Origin: an uncultured Candidatus Binatia bacterium
GTDB lineage: Bacteria; Desulfobacterota; Binatia; UBA9968; JAJDTQ01
Reading direction: 5' to 3'
Length of the DNA stretch: 64,000 nucleotides
Assembly: GCA_965219905.1 (NCBI GenBank)
Contig: CBDCOS010000002.1
Location: 2,076,625 to 2,140,624, forward strand
Part shown: one piece after another, positions 47,768 to 57,283 of the stretch
Position numbering within the stretch: position 1 is the first letter of the stretch
Layout of the letters: each line of letters opens with the position of its first letter
Notes under the pieces: generated by a model
What the model saw: the letters and a program-made list of their open reading frames with translations, nothing else
The model's database searches: none
Told to the model about the DNA's origin: nothing
Made by a program: the position numbers and the translations under genes

Positions 47768-48511
47768 ATGGACCGGTTGCAAGAGCAGCGCGAGTTGGTG
47801 GCCCTGTCCTCGCGGATCCTGGGCAAGCTCGACCTCACCAAGAGTACCAGCGGACACGTGAGCGCCCGGGTTCCGGGCACCGACACTTTCCTCATCCGCG
47901 CCCGCGGCCCGGCCGAGACAGGGGTGCGTTACACGGGGCCGGGCGACGTCATCCTCGTGGACCGGGACGGCCAGAAGATCGAGGGATCGGACGCCCTCGA
48001 CCCGCCCCAGGAAGTCTACATACACAGTTGGCTCTACCGGAGCCGCGACGACGTCAACAGCGTCATCCACATCCACCCGGCCACCGTCGTGCTCTTCACC
48101 ATCTGCCGGAAGCCCCTGCTGCCCATCTACGGCGCCTACGACCCCACCAGCATCCGGCTCCTGATGCAGGGCATACCCGAGTACGAACGCAGCATCACCG
48201 TGTCCAATGACGAGCTGGGAGAGGAGTTCGCCGGGGTCATGGGCGACAAGCCCGCCTGCCTCATGCGCAGCCACGGCATCACCACCGCCGGCCCGACGGT
48301 CCAGGAGGCCACCATCACCGCCATCAAACTCAACGAGCTGGCCGAGATGAACTACCGCGCGGCACTGCTGGGAACGCCGCACCCCATCCCCGACGAAGAG
48401 ATCGCCATCATCACCCGCACGAAGCGCAAGCGCGGCAACGCCACCGAGTCCTCGTGGCGCTACTACCGCACGCTGGCGGGCGAGGAGGACCCGGTTGAAC
48501 CAACCTATTGA
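47768..48511 (+). CDS. class II aldolase/adducin family protein
   Basis: 247 aa; TSGHVSARVP, HIHP, MRSHG zinc-ligand histidines typical of fuculose-phosphate-aldolase fold. Confidence 0.75.
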   Translation: MDRLQEQRELVALSSRILGKLDLTKSTSGHVSARVPGTDTFLIRARGPAETGVRYTGPGDVILVDRDGQKIEGSDALDPPQEVYIHSWLYRSRDDVNSVIHIHPATVVLFTICRKPLLPIYGAYDPTSIRLLMQGIPEYERSITVSNDELGEEFAGVMGDKPACLMRSHGITTAGPTVQEATITAIKLNELAEMNYRAALLGTPHPIPDEEIAIITRTKRKRGNATESSWRYYRTLAGEEDPVEPTY

Positions 48512-48536
48512 TCTTCCTCGCGGGCGAAGCTAGATT
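48508..48536 (+). promoter_or_regulatory. candidate sigma70 promoter TTGATC-N17-TAGATT overlapping aldolase stop codon
   Basis: Good hexamers and spacing; followed by a structured about 70-nt leader. Confidence 0.4.
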
Positions 48537-48548
48537 GTCCGCAATACC

Positions 48549-48601
48549 CCCTGCGGTTTCGACCGCAGGGCGCGGGGCCTCTTCGGAGGCCCTTGCTTTT
48601 T
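48549..48601 (+). terminator. leader hairpins: CCTGCGGT-ttcg-ACCGCAGG then GGGCCTC-ttcg-GAGGCCC followed by TTGCTTTTT (intrinsic terminator/attenuator)
   Basis: Canonical GC-stem plus U-tract terminator 13 nt before the NYN gene start. Confidence 0.6.
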
Positions 48602-48613
48602 CGGCGGCCATTG

Positions 48614-49243
48614 ATGCGCACGTATGTCTATGTAGACGGGTTCAATCTCTACTACGGAGCAGTCAAAGGATCGTCATGGAAGTGGCTGGACCTCGTCGCA
48701 TTGTTCGAGAACGTGCTCCAGCCGCATCACGATGTCCTCGCAATCAAGTATTTCACAGCAAGAGTTTCGGGGACTGTCGTGGACCCATCAAAGCCGCAGC
48801 GTCAGGATGTCTATCTGCGAGCGCTACGGCAATACCGGCCCCAGATTGAAGTGTACTTCGGTCACTTCCTGAGTCATGCGGTGCGTGCCCCGCTCGCGCA
48901 CCCGGTCGGGAACCGCCGGACCGCCGAGGTGATCAGGACCGAGGAGAAGGGCTCGGACGTTAATCTCGCGGTGCATCTGCTCAACGACGGCTGGCTGGAC
49001 GCCTACGATTGCGCCGTCGTCGTCACCAACGACAGCGACATCGCCGAAGCAATGCGTCTGGTTAGACCGCATCACGGCAAACGGATCGGACTCGTGACGC
49101 CGGGAAACGTCAAGCCATCGCGGCAGCTCATGGTGCATGCGGACTTCACTAGACACATCCGGCCCAACGCCCTGGAGCGCTCTCAACTGCCGGACCCCTA
49201 TCCCCGGCACCAATATCCGGAAACCGGCGAGTTGGTAGCTTGA
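48614..49243 (+). CDS. NYN domain protein (LabA-like predicted RNase)
   Basis: 209 aa from MRTYVYVDGFNLYYG; conserved NYN acidic residues (VDGFN, KGSDVNLAVHLLNDG, VVTNDSD). Confidence 0.7.
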   Translation: MRTYVYVDGFNLYYGAVKGSSWKWLDLVALFENVLQPHHDVLAIKYFTARVSGTVVDPSKPQRQDVYLRALRQYRPQIEVYFGHFLSHAVRAPLAHPVGNRRTAEVIRTEEKGSDVNLAVHLLNDGWLDAYDCAVVVTNDSDIAEAMRLVRPHHGKRIGLVTPGNVKPSRQLMVHADFTRHIRPNALERSQLPDPYPRHQYPETGELVA

Positions 49244-49283
49244 AGACCGAAATGCATAAGAAAGCCAGAAAGGATCCGTTGGC

Positions 49284-50246
49284 ATGAGCACACCTGAACC
49301 CATCCGCATCCGTGGCATCTACCGCTCCCCGACCCACCTCCCCATCTGGGAGGTCCTGGACAAGGCCGGCATCTGGCAAGAAGTCGGCATCGAGGTCACG
49401 AGCTTCGAGTTCAACAACAGCTCGGCCACCACCGAGAAGGCACTGTTCTCCGGCGAGATCGATTTCGTGTCCGGGAACCACATCTCGCCCTACGCACTGG
49501 TGGCGGAGGGAAAGCCCATCGTCTCCATCGCGTCGCCCGGCAACAGCGTCAACGACCGCCTCATCTCCCGCAAGCCCGTCCAGTCCCTGGCCGAGATCGA
49601 GGGTGGCCGCCTGGGCGATACCGCCATCCGTGACTCGGCGGGCGGCTACCACCATCCCCGCGGCAACCACATGCTGTACATCATGCGTGCGGGTCTGACC
49701 CTGGACGACGTGGAATGGGTCAAGCTGGCCGAGGACACCCACGCGTTGCGCGACGTACTGCCGGGCGCCTTCGAGGCCGGAGAGATCGATGCGGCGCTGG
49801 TGACCGGCAACACCGATGTCTACGAAGAGGCCGGCCTTCACGTGCTGCCGCTGGAGCCCCTGCCCATGATCAACGGCCCCACCATCACCACCGGAATGAA
49901 CGTGCTGCGGGAACGGCCCGGGCTGGGAGAGCGGCTGGTGAAGGCCATGGTCATGGGGATCCACTACGCCAAGACGCACCGCGCCGAGACCGAGGCGATG
50001 CTCGCCGATCTCAAGGAGCGCATCCCCGCGTCCGGAGGCCGCTACAACAGCGTCACCAAGCTCGCCTCCAAACCCTATCCCGACATCCGGGGCGTCGCCA
50101 ACGCCTACACGCTGTGCTGCATGGACGCACCCAAGGCGGAAGAGTTGAGCCCCATGTCGCTGTGGGACCTGCACTACCTCCGGGACCTGGACGACTCGGG
50201 CTTCATCGACGAGCTGTACGCGGCCGAACCCATTCCCGGAAACTGA
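49284..50246 (+). CDS. NMT1/THI5/SsuA-like (periplasmic-binding-protein type 2 fold) protein without signal peptide
   Basis: 320 aa; SsuA/NMT1-like fold; hydrophilic N-terminus MSTPEPIRIRG. Confidence 0.55.
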   Translation: MSTPEPIRIRGIYRSPTHLPIWEVLDKAGIWQEVGIEVTSFEFNNSSATTEKALFSGEIDFVSGNHISPYALVAEGKPIVSIASPGNSVNDRLISRKPVQSLAEIEGGRLGDTAIRDSAGGYHHPRGNHMLYIMRAGLTLDDVEWVKLAEDTHALRDVLPGAFEAGEIDAALVTGNTDVYEEAGLHVLPLEPLPMINGPTITTGMNVLRERPGLGERLVKAMVMGIHYAKTHRAETEAMLADLKERIPASGGRYNSVTKLASKPYPDIRGVANAYTLCCMDAPKAEELSPMSLWDLHYLRDLDDSGFIDELYAAEPIPGN

Positions 50247-50276
50247 CGCCTTTAGGGCCGCAGGGGATCCCGGTCC

Positions 50277-51779
50277 ATGCCATTTGAGAAACCGACGCTC
50301 GACCAGATTCGCGCCGTCGCGGACGATCTCGGCATCGATCTGTCCGACGACGAGCTGGCCGGGTATCTCGAGCGGATGGAGGGGTTCTCCCGCGCCTATG
50401 CGCTGGTGGACGAAACGCCGGACCCGGGGCCTCGAGTTCGCGGACGCACTTGGCGCCGGCCGGCGCCGGACCTGAACCGCTACAACGCCTGGTTCGTGAA
50501 GACCTCCATCCGGGAAGAGTACCGCGGCCGGCTCGCGGGCAAGACCCTGGCCGTGAAGGACCCCATCAGCGTGGCAGGGTTGCCGACGATGAACGGCGCC
50601 TCGTTCCTGGAAGGCTACGTGCCCGACGTCGACGCCACCGTGGTCACCCGAGCGCTCCATGCCGGCGCCGAGATCATCGGCAAGACCAACTGCGAATACC
50701 TCTCCCTTTCGGGCGGGAGCCATACCGGCGCCAACGGGCCGGTCATCAACCCGCTCAAGGCCGGCTACTCGGCGGGCGGTTCGTCATCCGGCAGCGCCGT
50801 GGCCGTGGCCACGGGCGACGCCGACATGGCCCTGGGCTGCGACCAGGCCGGTTCCATCCGCGTACCCGCGGCCTGGTGCGGCATCGTCGGCCTCAAGCCC
50901 AGCCATGGCCTCGTCCCCTACACCGGCATACTCGGCGTGGATTCGGCCGTGGACCACTGCGGCCCCATGACACGCGACGTGCACGACAACGCCCTGCTGC
51001 TGGAGGTGCTGGCCGGACGCGACGGCATGGACCCGCGCCAGCCAAGCTCGTGGCAACCGGTGAAGTACACTGCCGCGCGACGCGCCGGCGCAAAGCGCTT
51101 GCGCGTAGCCGTCATCAAGGAAGGCTTCGGACAGCGCAACGCGGAAGCCGAAGTGGATGAGCGCGTCCGGGCCGCCGCCGACGTGATCGCCAACCTGGGC
51201 CTCCATTTGGCAGAGGTCTCGGTGCCCGTTCACGAGAGGGCATGGCTGCTGGGCCAGCCCATATATGTCGAAGGCCTGGCCCAGTCCATGGGCGAAAGCG
51301 GCATCATGCCCGACGCCGAAGGTCTCGGCTCCCCGAGCGCGGCGGAACATTTCTCAGCCTGGCGCCGACGCTGGCGGGAACTGCCCGAGAGCTTGATGAC
51401 CCTCATCCTGTTCGGCGGATTCGTGCGCGGCCGTCACCCCGGTCGTTACTATGTCAAGGCACAGCACCTGCGCCGCACCATCCGCCGGGCCTACGAGGAC
51501 ATATTCTCCGAATACGACCTGATGCTCATGCCCACCACGCCCATGGCAGCCACGCCACTACCCGGACCGGACACGAGAGCTGCCGAACGCTCCCGCCGAG
51601 CCGGCGAGATGCTGGCCAACACCGGTCCCTTCAACGTCACCGGCCACCCGGCCATCTCCCTGCCGTGCGGCGCCACCGCCGACGGGCGGCCGGTGGGAAT
51701 GATGCTGGTGGGGCGACACTTCGACGAGATTACGCTTTATCGGGCGGCGTATGCGTTTGAGCGCACAGGCCGAGGGTGA
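50277..51779 (+). CDS. amidase (amidase-signature family)
   Basis: 500 aa; GGSSSGSAVAVA signature, Ser-cisSer-Lys region (AVKDPISVAG ... GGSSSG). Confidence 0.85.
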   Translation: MPFEKPTLDQIRAVADDLGIDLSDDELAGYLERMEGFSRAYALVDETPDPGPRVRGRTWRRPAPDLNRYNAWFVKTSIREEYRGRLAGKTLAVKDPISVAGLPTMNGASFLEGYVPDVDATVVTRALHAGAEIIGKTNCEYLSLSGGSHTGANGPVINPLKAGYSAGGSSSGSAVAVATGDADMALGCDQAGSIRVPAAWCGIVGLKPSHGLVPYTGILGVDSAVDHCGPMTRDVHDNALLLEVLAGRDGMDPRQPSSWQPVKYTAARRAGAKRLRVAVIKEGFGQRNAEAEVDERVRAAADVIANLGLHLAEVSVPVHERAWLLGQPIYVEGLAQSMGESGIMPDAEGLGSPSAAEHFSAWRRRWRELPESLMTLILFGGFVRGRHPGRYYVKAQHLRRTIRRAYEDIFSEYDLMLMPTTPMAATPLPGPDTRAAERSRRAGEMLANTGPFNVTGHPAISLPCGATADGRPVGMMLVGRHFDEITLYRAAYAFERTGRG

Positions 51780-51879
51780 TGACGGAATCGACGCGACACC
51801 GAGTCGCAGACCGCGACATCACCCTCCAATAGCGATCCCGTGCAGACAAGAGGCCTCCGGCAAATTCTATGATTGATTC

Positions 51880-52878
51880 CTACGCCTCGAACCGGCTGAA
51901 CACCTTCTCCGCATTCCCTCCCAGGATCCCCGCCTTCTCCTCGTCGCTCAGCCAGTCCATCTCCTCGATGAGCGACTTGACGTCGTCGTACCAGCGGCCG
52001 GTGCGGGGGTTGGGCTTGGAGCCGGCGCCGGGGCGTTCACTGCCGAAAAGGCAGCGGTCGGGCGTGGCGACCTTGAAGAGCAGCTCCAGGGATTCGGTGT
52101 TGTAGAGGGCTGAGTCGAAGTAGAGCTGGCGCAGGCGGTCGTCGAAGTTCTCGGTGTTGTTGGGGCCGCGGAGTTGGGAGCGCCAGCGTCCCACCTGGTA
52201 GGGGACCGATCCGCCGCCGTGGGAGACGATGAGCTTCAGGCCCGGGAAGTCGGTGAAGACGTTGGAGTTCAGCAGCGAGAGGATAGCGATGCTTTCCTCG
52301 GTGATGAAGTGGCCGTGGAACGATTCCCGCTGGTTCCGGCAACCCGCGGGATGGACCAGGCCCGGGATGTCCATGGCCGCCATCTTCTCGTAAAGGGGAT
52401 ACCAGTACTCGTCGCCCATGCCGGGGGTGAGCCCGTCCCCTTCCCCGGGGTCGGGGTTGATCATGATGCCCACCATGCCCAGGTCGTTGATGCAACGGTC
52501 GATCTCCTCGAACGTATTCTCGGGGCCGACGCCGGCGTTCTGCGGCAGTCCGGCGATGCCGCGGAACCGGGTGGGCTCGACCTTGACCTGGAGCGCGATG
52601 GCGTCGTTGACGGCCTCGCAGTACCAGCGGACGATCTTTTCGGGCTTCTCGGAATGCATCATGGTGTAGGGTCGGGGCGAGATGAACGCCATGTCGGTGC
52701 CCACCTGGTCCAGCACCTCGGTGTGCTTGTGCCCGTTCCAGGTGGCCGTCCTGATGCTTTCCTCGGTGACGGGGGACTTGCGCTTGCCGTGGAAGCCGCG
52801 GCTGTTGATGAGGCTGGCCTGGTAGCGGCTGAGCTCCTCGCCGGCGACGATGTGGTTGTGGATGTCGATGATCACTAG
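51880..52878 (-). CDS. amidohydrolase-2 family protein (ACMSD-like; fourth paralog)
   Basis: 332 aa from GTG (V)IIDIHNHIV with AGGAGA RBS; HxH motif; the 424-aa track ORF N-terminus not supported. Confidence 0.7.
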   Translation of the reverse strand, partial: LVIIDIHNHIVAGEELSRYQASLINSRGFHGKRKSPVTEESIRTATWNGHKHTEVLDQVGTDMAFISPRPYTMMHSEKPEKIVRWYCEAVNDAIALQVKVEPTRFRGIAGLPQNAGVGPENTFEEIDRCINDLGMVGIMINPDPGEGDGLTPGMGDEYWYPLYEKMAAMDIPGLVHPAGCRNQRESFHGHFITEESIAILSLLNSNVFTDFPGLKLIVSHGGGSVPYQVGRWRSQLRGPNNTENFDDRLRQLYFDSALYNTESLELLFKVATPDRCLFGSERPGAGSKPNPRTGRWYDDVKSLIEEMDWLSDEEKAGILGGNAEKVFSRFEA

Positions 52879-53093
52879 CTGTCTCCTGCTCGTTTGGAAT
52901 TGAGAGAGGCCGGGGAACGACCCCGTTTCGTGGCACGCGAGTCGTCTTGCACCGGCAACAAGTTGTATGCTGTAGTTGTTGACCGTATTGTCGTATTGGC
53001 TGGCACGGTCGGCCCCCGTCCGGTTGCCCGACGACGGATTGTACAGGAGAAAGGTCGGCGGGGCCACTGGCCACGATTTCCACGAGGCATACG

Positions 53094-54152
53094 ATGCGCT
53101 ACATGCTGCTCGGCAATCTGTTCGCGCTGGTTCCCGCGCTGCTACCGGCCGCACCCACGGACGCTCTCGCGCAGAGTTGGCGGGGAATCACCGAAGCCGA
53201 AAACAGGATCGTGTTCGCGGGAAGTCAACTGGAAGATTACCGCGCGTTGCATCATTACCATCCCTTCGACGAGAGCCCCAACTCGCATGAGCACTACAAG
53301 TCTCAATGGAAAGCCGGCTCCCGGCGACTTCCGGTCCTTTGGGTCGACCTGTATATTGCGCCTCCCACCCGTTACTTCTCCGCCAGCCGGCAGCGAAGTC
53401 TCGAACAGTATGCCAAGCTGTTCGGGTGGTTCAAGGACAAGCCCTTCTCGACGGTTGAGACCGGCACCGCGGGGACGGCGGTGGGGCCGGCTGATTTTCT
53501 GGTTTTCACGGCGGACAGGGACCGATGCGGAGCGTTTTGGCTCTACCTCGATGAGGGAGTGGTCAGCAATCCCGACAGTCTCGGCAACATCCGTTTGAGT
53601 GGTTTCTACTGCCCGGTTTCCGGTCAAGTCGATGCCGGAACCCTCAAGTCCCTTCTCTCCAACATGGGCGTCCGAGGCATCGCTGTTCCGAAGGTGGAAG
53701 GGCTCCAGGTCGCACGGAGGCCGGCTTCGGAGCGCCCCTCCATGGACTCACTCACCACGCTCGTGACGACCGGCGACATCAAGGGGCTGCGCAGGGTCGC
53801 GGCCAAGGACTTCGATCCGGATACCATTATCCCCTTTCAGCATCCGCGTTTTGCGCGCGGCCGCGTCATAAGAAGGCCAATGCTCGTGGCGGCGGCCCTT
53901 TTCGGCCGGACGGAGATGGTCGTGTTCCTGCTGAACAAGGGCGCTTCCACCCGTGGACGTTCCGCCGGAGCCATCTGTGCCGCGATTTCAAGGGGGCACC
54001 CCGATATCGTCGAGGTGCTTCTCAAGAAGGATCCGGAACTGAGGGATTATGATCGCTGTGGCCGACGCGGAACGATGTCGGCCATCAGATTGGCCAGGAG
54101 GCTCGATCGTCGGGAGATTCTCGAAAAGCTTCTCGGAACGAATGCCCGGTGA
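53094..54152 (+). CDS. secreted ankyrin-repeat protein
   Basis: Signal peptide MRYMLLGNLFALVPALLPAAPTDALA; C-terminal ANK repeats (GRTEMVVFLLNKGAS, GHPDIVEVLLKK). Confidence 0.6.
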   Translation: MRYMLLGNLFALVPALLPAAPTDALAQSWRGITEAENRIVFAGSQLEDYRALHHYHPFDESPNSHEHYKSQWKAGSRRLPVLWVDLYIAPPTRYFSASRQRSLEQYAKLFGWFKDKPFSTVETGTAGTAVGPADFLVFTADRDRCGAFWLYLDEGVVSNPDSLGNIRLSGFYCPVSGQVDAGTLKSLLSNMGVRGIAVPKVEGLQVARRPASERPSMDSLTTLVTTGDIKGLRRVAAKDFDPDTIIPFQHPRFARGRVIRRPMLVAAALFGRTEMVVFLLNKGASTRGRSAGAICAAISRGHPDIVEVLLKKDPELRDYDRCGRRGTMSAIRLARRLDRREILEKLLGTNAR

Positions 54153-54254
54153 CGCAGCCGCCGCCGTGTCCCGGGGCCGTACCAGCGCACCGGGAAACCT
54201 CTTCCGAGGCGGATTTTTTCTCGTGCGATAGCTTCCGTCGGCCTTGTTGCGGCC

Positions 54255-56119
54255 ATGGCGCTGGGGGGCTGTCGTGACGCCACGGCCGACCGCGAACTCC
54301 ATGCGCCGCCCCCGGCAAGGGCGCATGCGCTATCATACGACGGCACGAAGATGATCGCCCTGAACGATCACGAGGGCGGCGCATTCTTCGACATCGTGGG
54401 AACCGCTTCGGGCCGGTCTTTCGGGCTCCTGGCGCATTCCTTCATTCAAGCTGTTTGGGGCGAAAGCAGCGACATCGCTTACGCGGTCGACAAGGAGAAG
54501 CAAGTATACCGCGTGTCGCTAAGCGGCAATGCCGCAAGGATCGACAAGGTCGCGCTCACCCGACCGGAAGCCGTTCCGGCGGACGAAGCGCCGCGCGTCC
54601 TCCGTTTCCCGTCTCCGAGGCTCCCTTTCTCCTTGCCAGCTCTTCGCGCCAGCCGCAGCGGCTCTATCGCTGCGATTTGAGCCCGGGCTCCGGCGAACAG
54701 AACCTGGAGACTCGATGCCAGGTCTTGATCGAAGACGGTACGGGCGTCCTGTACTGGCTCACGACGGCGAAGGGGCGTGTCGTCGCAAGGATCAAGGTAT
54801 CGACCGCCGGGCGCCGCGTGTTCCAATCGCTGACATCGTCGGGGGAATGGGCCTCGCTGTTCGACTATATTCCGTACTACACCGAGTTGGTGCCTATCCA
54901 GTTCGTGCAGCAAGACGGCACGGTGTGGGCACTCTCCAACCGGCAGCGCGAGAGGGTGGCGCTGGTCCGGCTGAATATCGAGACCGGACGGGAAGAGGTC
55001 TTTTTTCAGCATGACCGCCATGATCTGACGAAGGCGGTTGTCCATTTCGACAAGGACGGCGAGGGCACCCCCTTGCTGGTTTCCTACAACCCGGACTACC
55101 AGGCAGTCGTGCACTTTCACGACGGGCTCCGGGCCGCATACGAGGCTCTGTACGAGAAAGTCGGCCGACCCTCTCGCATAGATTTCGGAAGCACGGACTG
55201 GATGGCGAAATCCGTCGTCGTCGAGGTAGCCAACCCGCGACTCCATCGCAGTTGGCACCTCCTCGATCTCGAGAAGAATACGTCCCGGGAATTGTCAGCC
55301 AGCGCTCTCGCGTCGTACCCTCATCCGCCGTCCCCCTCGCGGCCGGTTACGTTTCCGGCGCGTGACGGGCTGAAGCTCCACGGCTACCTGACGTTGCCGC
55401 AGGACCCCGAAACGCCCGGTCCCGCCCCGATGATTCTCATGCTCCACGGCGGTCCGTGGAACCGGTATTTCTGGCCGGCCTCTTCGCTGGTCCAGTTTTT
55501 CGCCAGCAAGGGCTACGCGGTTCTCAGGCTGAACTTTCGCGGATCCAGCGGTTACGACAGGAGTTTCCTCGCCGCGGGGAAGGGGGCGTTGTTCGGGAGC
55601 ATGCAGCACGACGTGCTGGATGCGGCCGAATGGGCCATAACGAACGGGCACGCCGCACGCGACCGGATCGTGCTGTTTGGCTATAGTTTCGGAGGATTTC
55701 TGACGCTCGTGATGCTGACACATCATCCTGACAGCTTCAGGGCGGGAATCGCAATCAATGGCATCGCCGATGCGGTCGATTTCTGGAAAACCGACTGGCT
55801 GATCCCCCGCCGCCGCGCACTTTGGCGTGAATTCCTCGGCAGCCGTGATTTGCCCGTGTTGGCGCTATCCGAAATTTCGCCGATCAATAACACCGATCGA
55901 ATCACCGCGGCGGTCCAGTTGATCGCGGGAGCCCGAGACAAGCGGGTTCCGGTGGCGCAATCCCAGGAGATGTTTCATCTGCTGAAGGAGGGGGGCAAAC
56001 CGGTGGAACTGGTCGAGTTTGCACAGGCCACTCACAGCATCCCGACAACGCCCCATGTCGTCTCCTCGATCGAGGCTTTTCTCGAGAAACACGTGAGCAC
56101 CAGAACGGAGACGCCGTAG
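54255..56119 (+). CDS. S9 family serine peptidase (prolyl oligopeptidase/dipeptidyl-aminopeptidase-like), reading frame interrupted by an apparent frameshift near 54600-54640
   Basis: N-terminal part in frame of ORF 54255..54680, then beta-propeller plus alpha/beta hydrolase domain in frame of ORF 54455..56119 (LYRCDLSPGSGEQ, GYSFGG nucleophile elbow); lipobox LGGC encoded just upstream of first ATG. Confidence 0.6.
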
Positions 56120-56176
56120 CGGCTCGTATGTCGCTACCGGGACCCTCGGCGTCTGTTCTCTCCACTTGCAACCGTC

Positions 56177-57283
56177 TCAAGCAGTCCCTGCGATGGCGTG
56201 GCAGCGTTCCGGCGGGACGTGAACCGCCACCGTCTCGCCCACCGTCAGTATGGTGGAGGGGTGCACCTTGATGCGCATGTCCAGATCCGGCAGCGCCACG
56301 GTGCAGTCCAGCATCTCGCCCACGAAAACCACGGAGTTGACCTCGCCGCGGACGACGTTGTCCGGGTTCTCCGCCTCGTCCGCTTGAACCACCCCGTCTT
56401 CCGGGCGAATCATCAGGGACACCTGATCCCCGGAGCGGAGGCCCGGAGACAGGGTGCTGGTAAAAGCGCCCACGGCCGTCGCCACCCGGCCCATGTGGCC
56501 ATCACCGACGGACTCGATGCGGCCCGGGATCAGGTTGGCGACGCCGATGAACTGGGCCACGAACTGGCCCGAGGGGTGCTTGTAGATCTCCAGCGGCGAG
56601 TCTTCCTGCATGATCTCGCCGAGGCTCATGACCGAGACCCGGTCGGCCATGGTGAGGGCTTCCAACTGGTCGTGGGTGACGTAGATGCTGGTGATGTTGA
56701 GCCGCTTGGTGATCTCGCGGATCTGGACGCGCATCTCCTCCCGGAGCTTGGCATCGAGGTTGCTCAGCGGCTCATCCAACAGCAACACGCCGGGCTCCCG
56801 CACCAGCGCCCGGGCCAGGGCCACCCGCTGCTGCTGACCGCCGCTCAGGAACGGCGCCGGACGGTCGGCCAGATCCTGGAGCTGGGTCAACTCCAGCGCC
56901 CGCATCACCCGCTCCCGCACCTCCCGGCGCGGCGGCCGGCTCCCCTGCCCGTGCACCAGCGGGAACGAGACGTTGTGGAACACGTCCATGTGCGGCCAGA
57001 TGGCGTAGGACTGGAACACGATGCCGAAGTCCCGCTTGGCCGGCGGCACGTTGATGCCGTCCGCGTCGGAGAATACCACCTGGTCGCCGATCTGGATCAT
57101 GCCGCCGGTGGGCTCCTCGAAACCCGCGATGCAGCGCAGGGTCGTGCTCTTGCCGCACCCGGACGGGCCCAGCAAGACGTAGAACTCCCCTTCCTCGACC
57201 TGGAAATCAATCCCCGACAGCGCGCGCACGGCGTCTCGTTCCGCGGTTTCGTAGACCTTCTCCAGACTGCTGACTCGTATCAT
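56177..57283 (-). CDS. ABC transporter ATP-binding protein, PotA/FbpC-like with C-terminal TOBE domain
   Basis: 368 aa; Walker A GPSGCGKST, signature LSGGQQQRVALARAL, Walker B LLLDEPLSNLD. Confidence 0.85.
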   Translation of the reverse strand: MIRVSSLEKVYETAERDAVRALSGIDFQVEEGEFYVLLGPSGCGKSTTLRCIAGFEEPTGGMIQIGDQVVFSDADGINVPPAKRDFGIVFQSYAIWPHMDVFHNVSFPLVHGQGSRPPRREVRERVMRALELTQLQDLADRPAPFLSGGQQQRVALARALVREPGVLLLDEPLSNLDAKLREEMRVQIREITKRLNITSIYVTHDQLEALTMADRVSVMSLGEIMQEDSPLEIYKHPSGQFVAQFIGVANLIPGRIESVGDGHMGRVATAVGAFTSTLSPGLRSGDQVSLMIRPEDGVVQADEAENPDNVVRGEVNSVVFVGEMLDCTVALPDLDMRIKVHPSTILTVGETVAVHVPPERCHAIAGTA

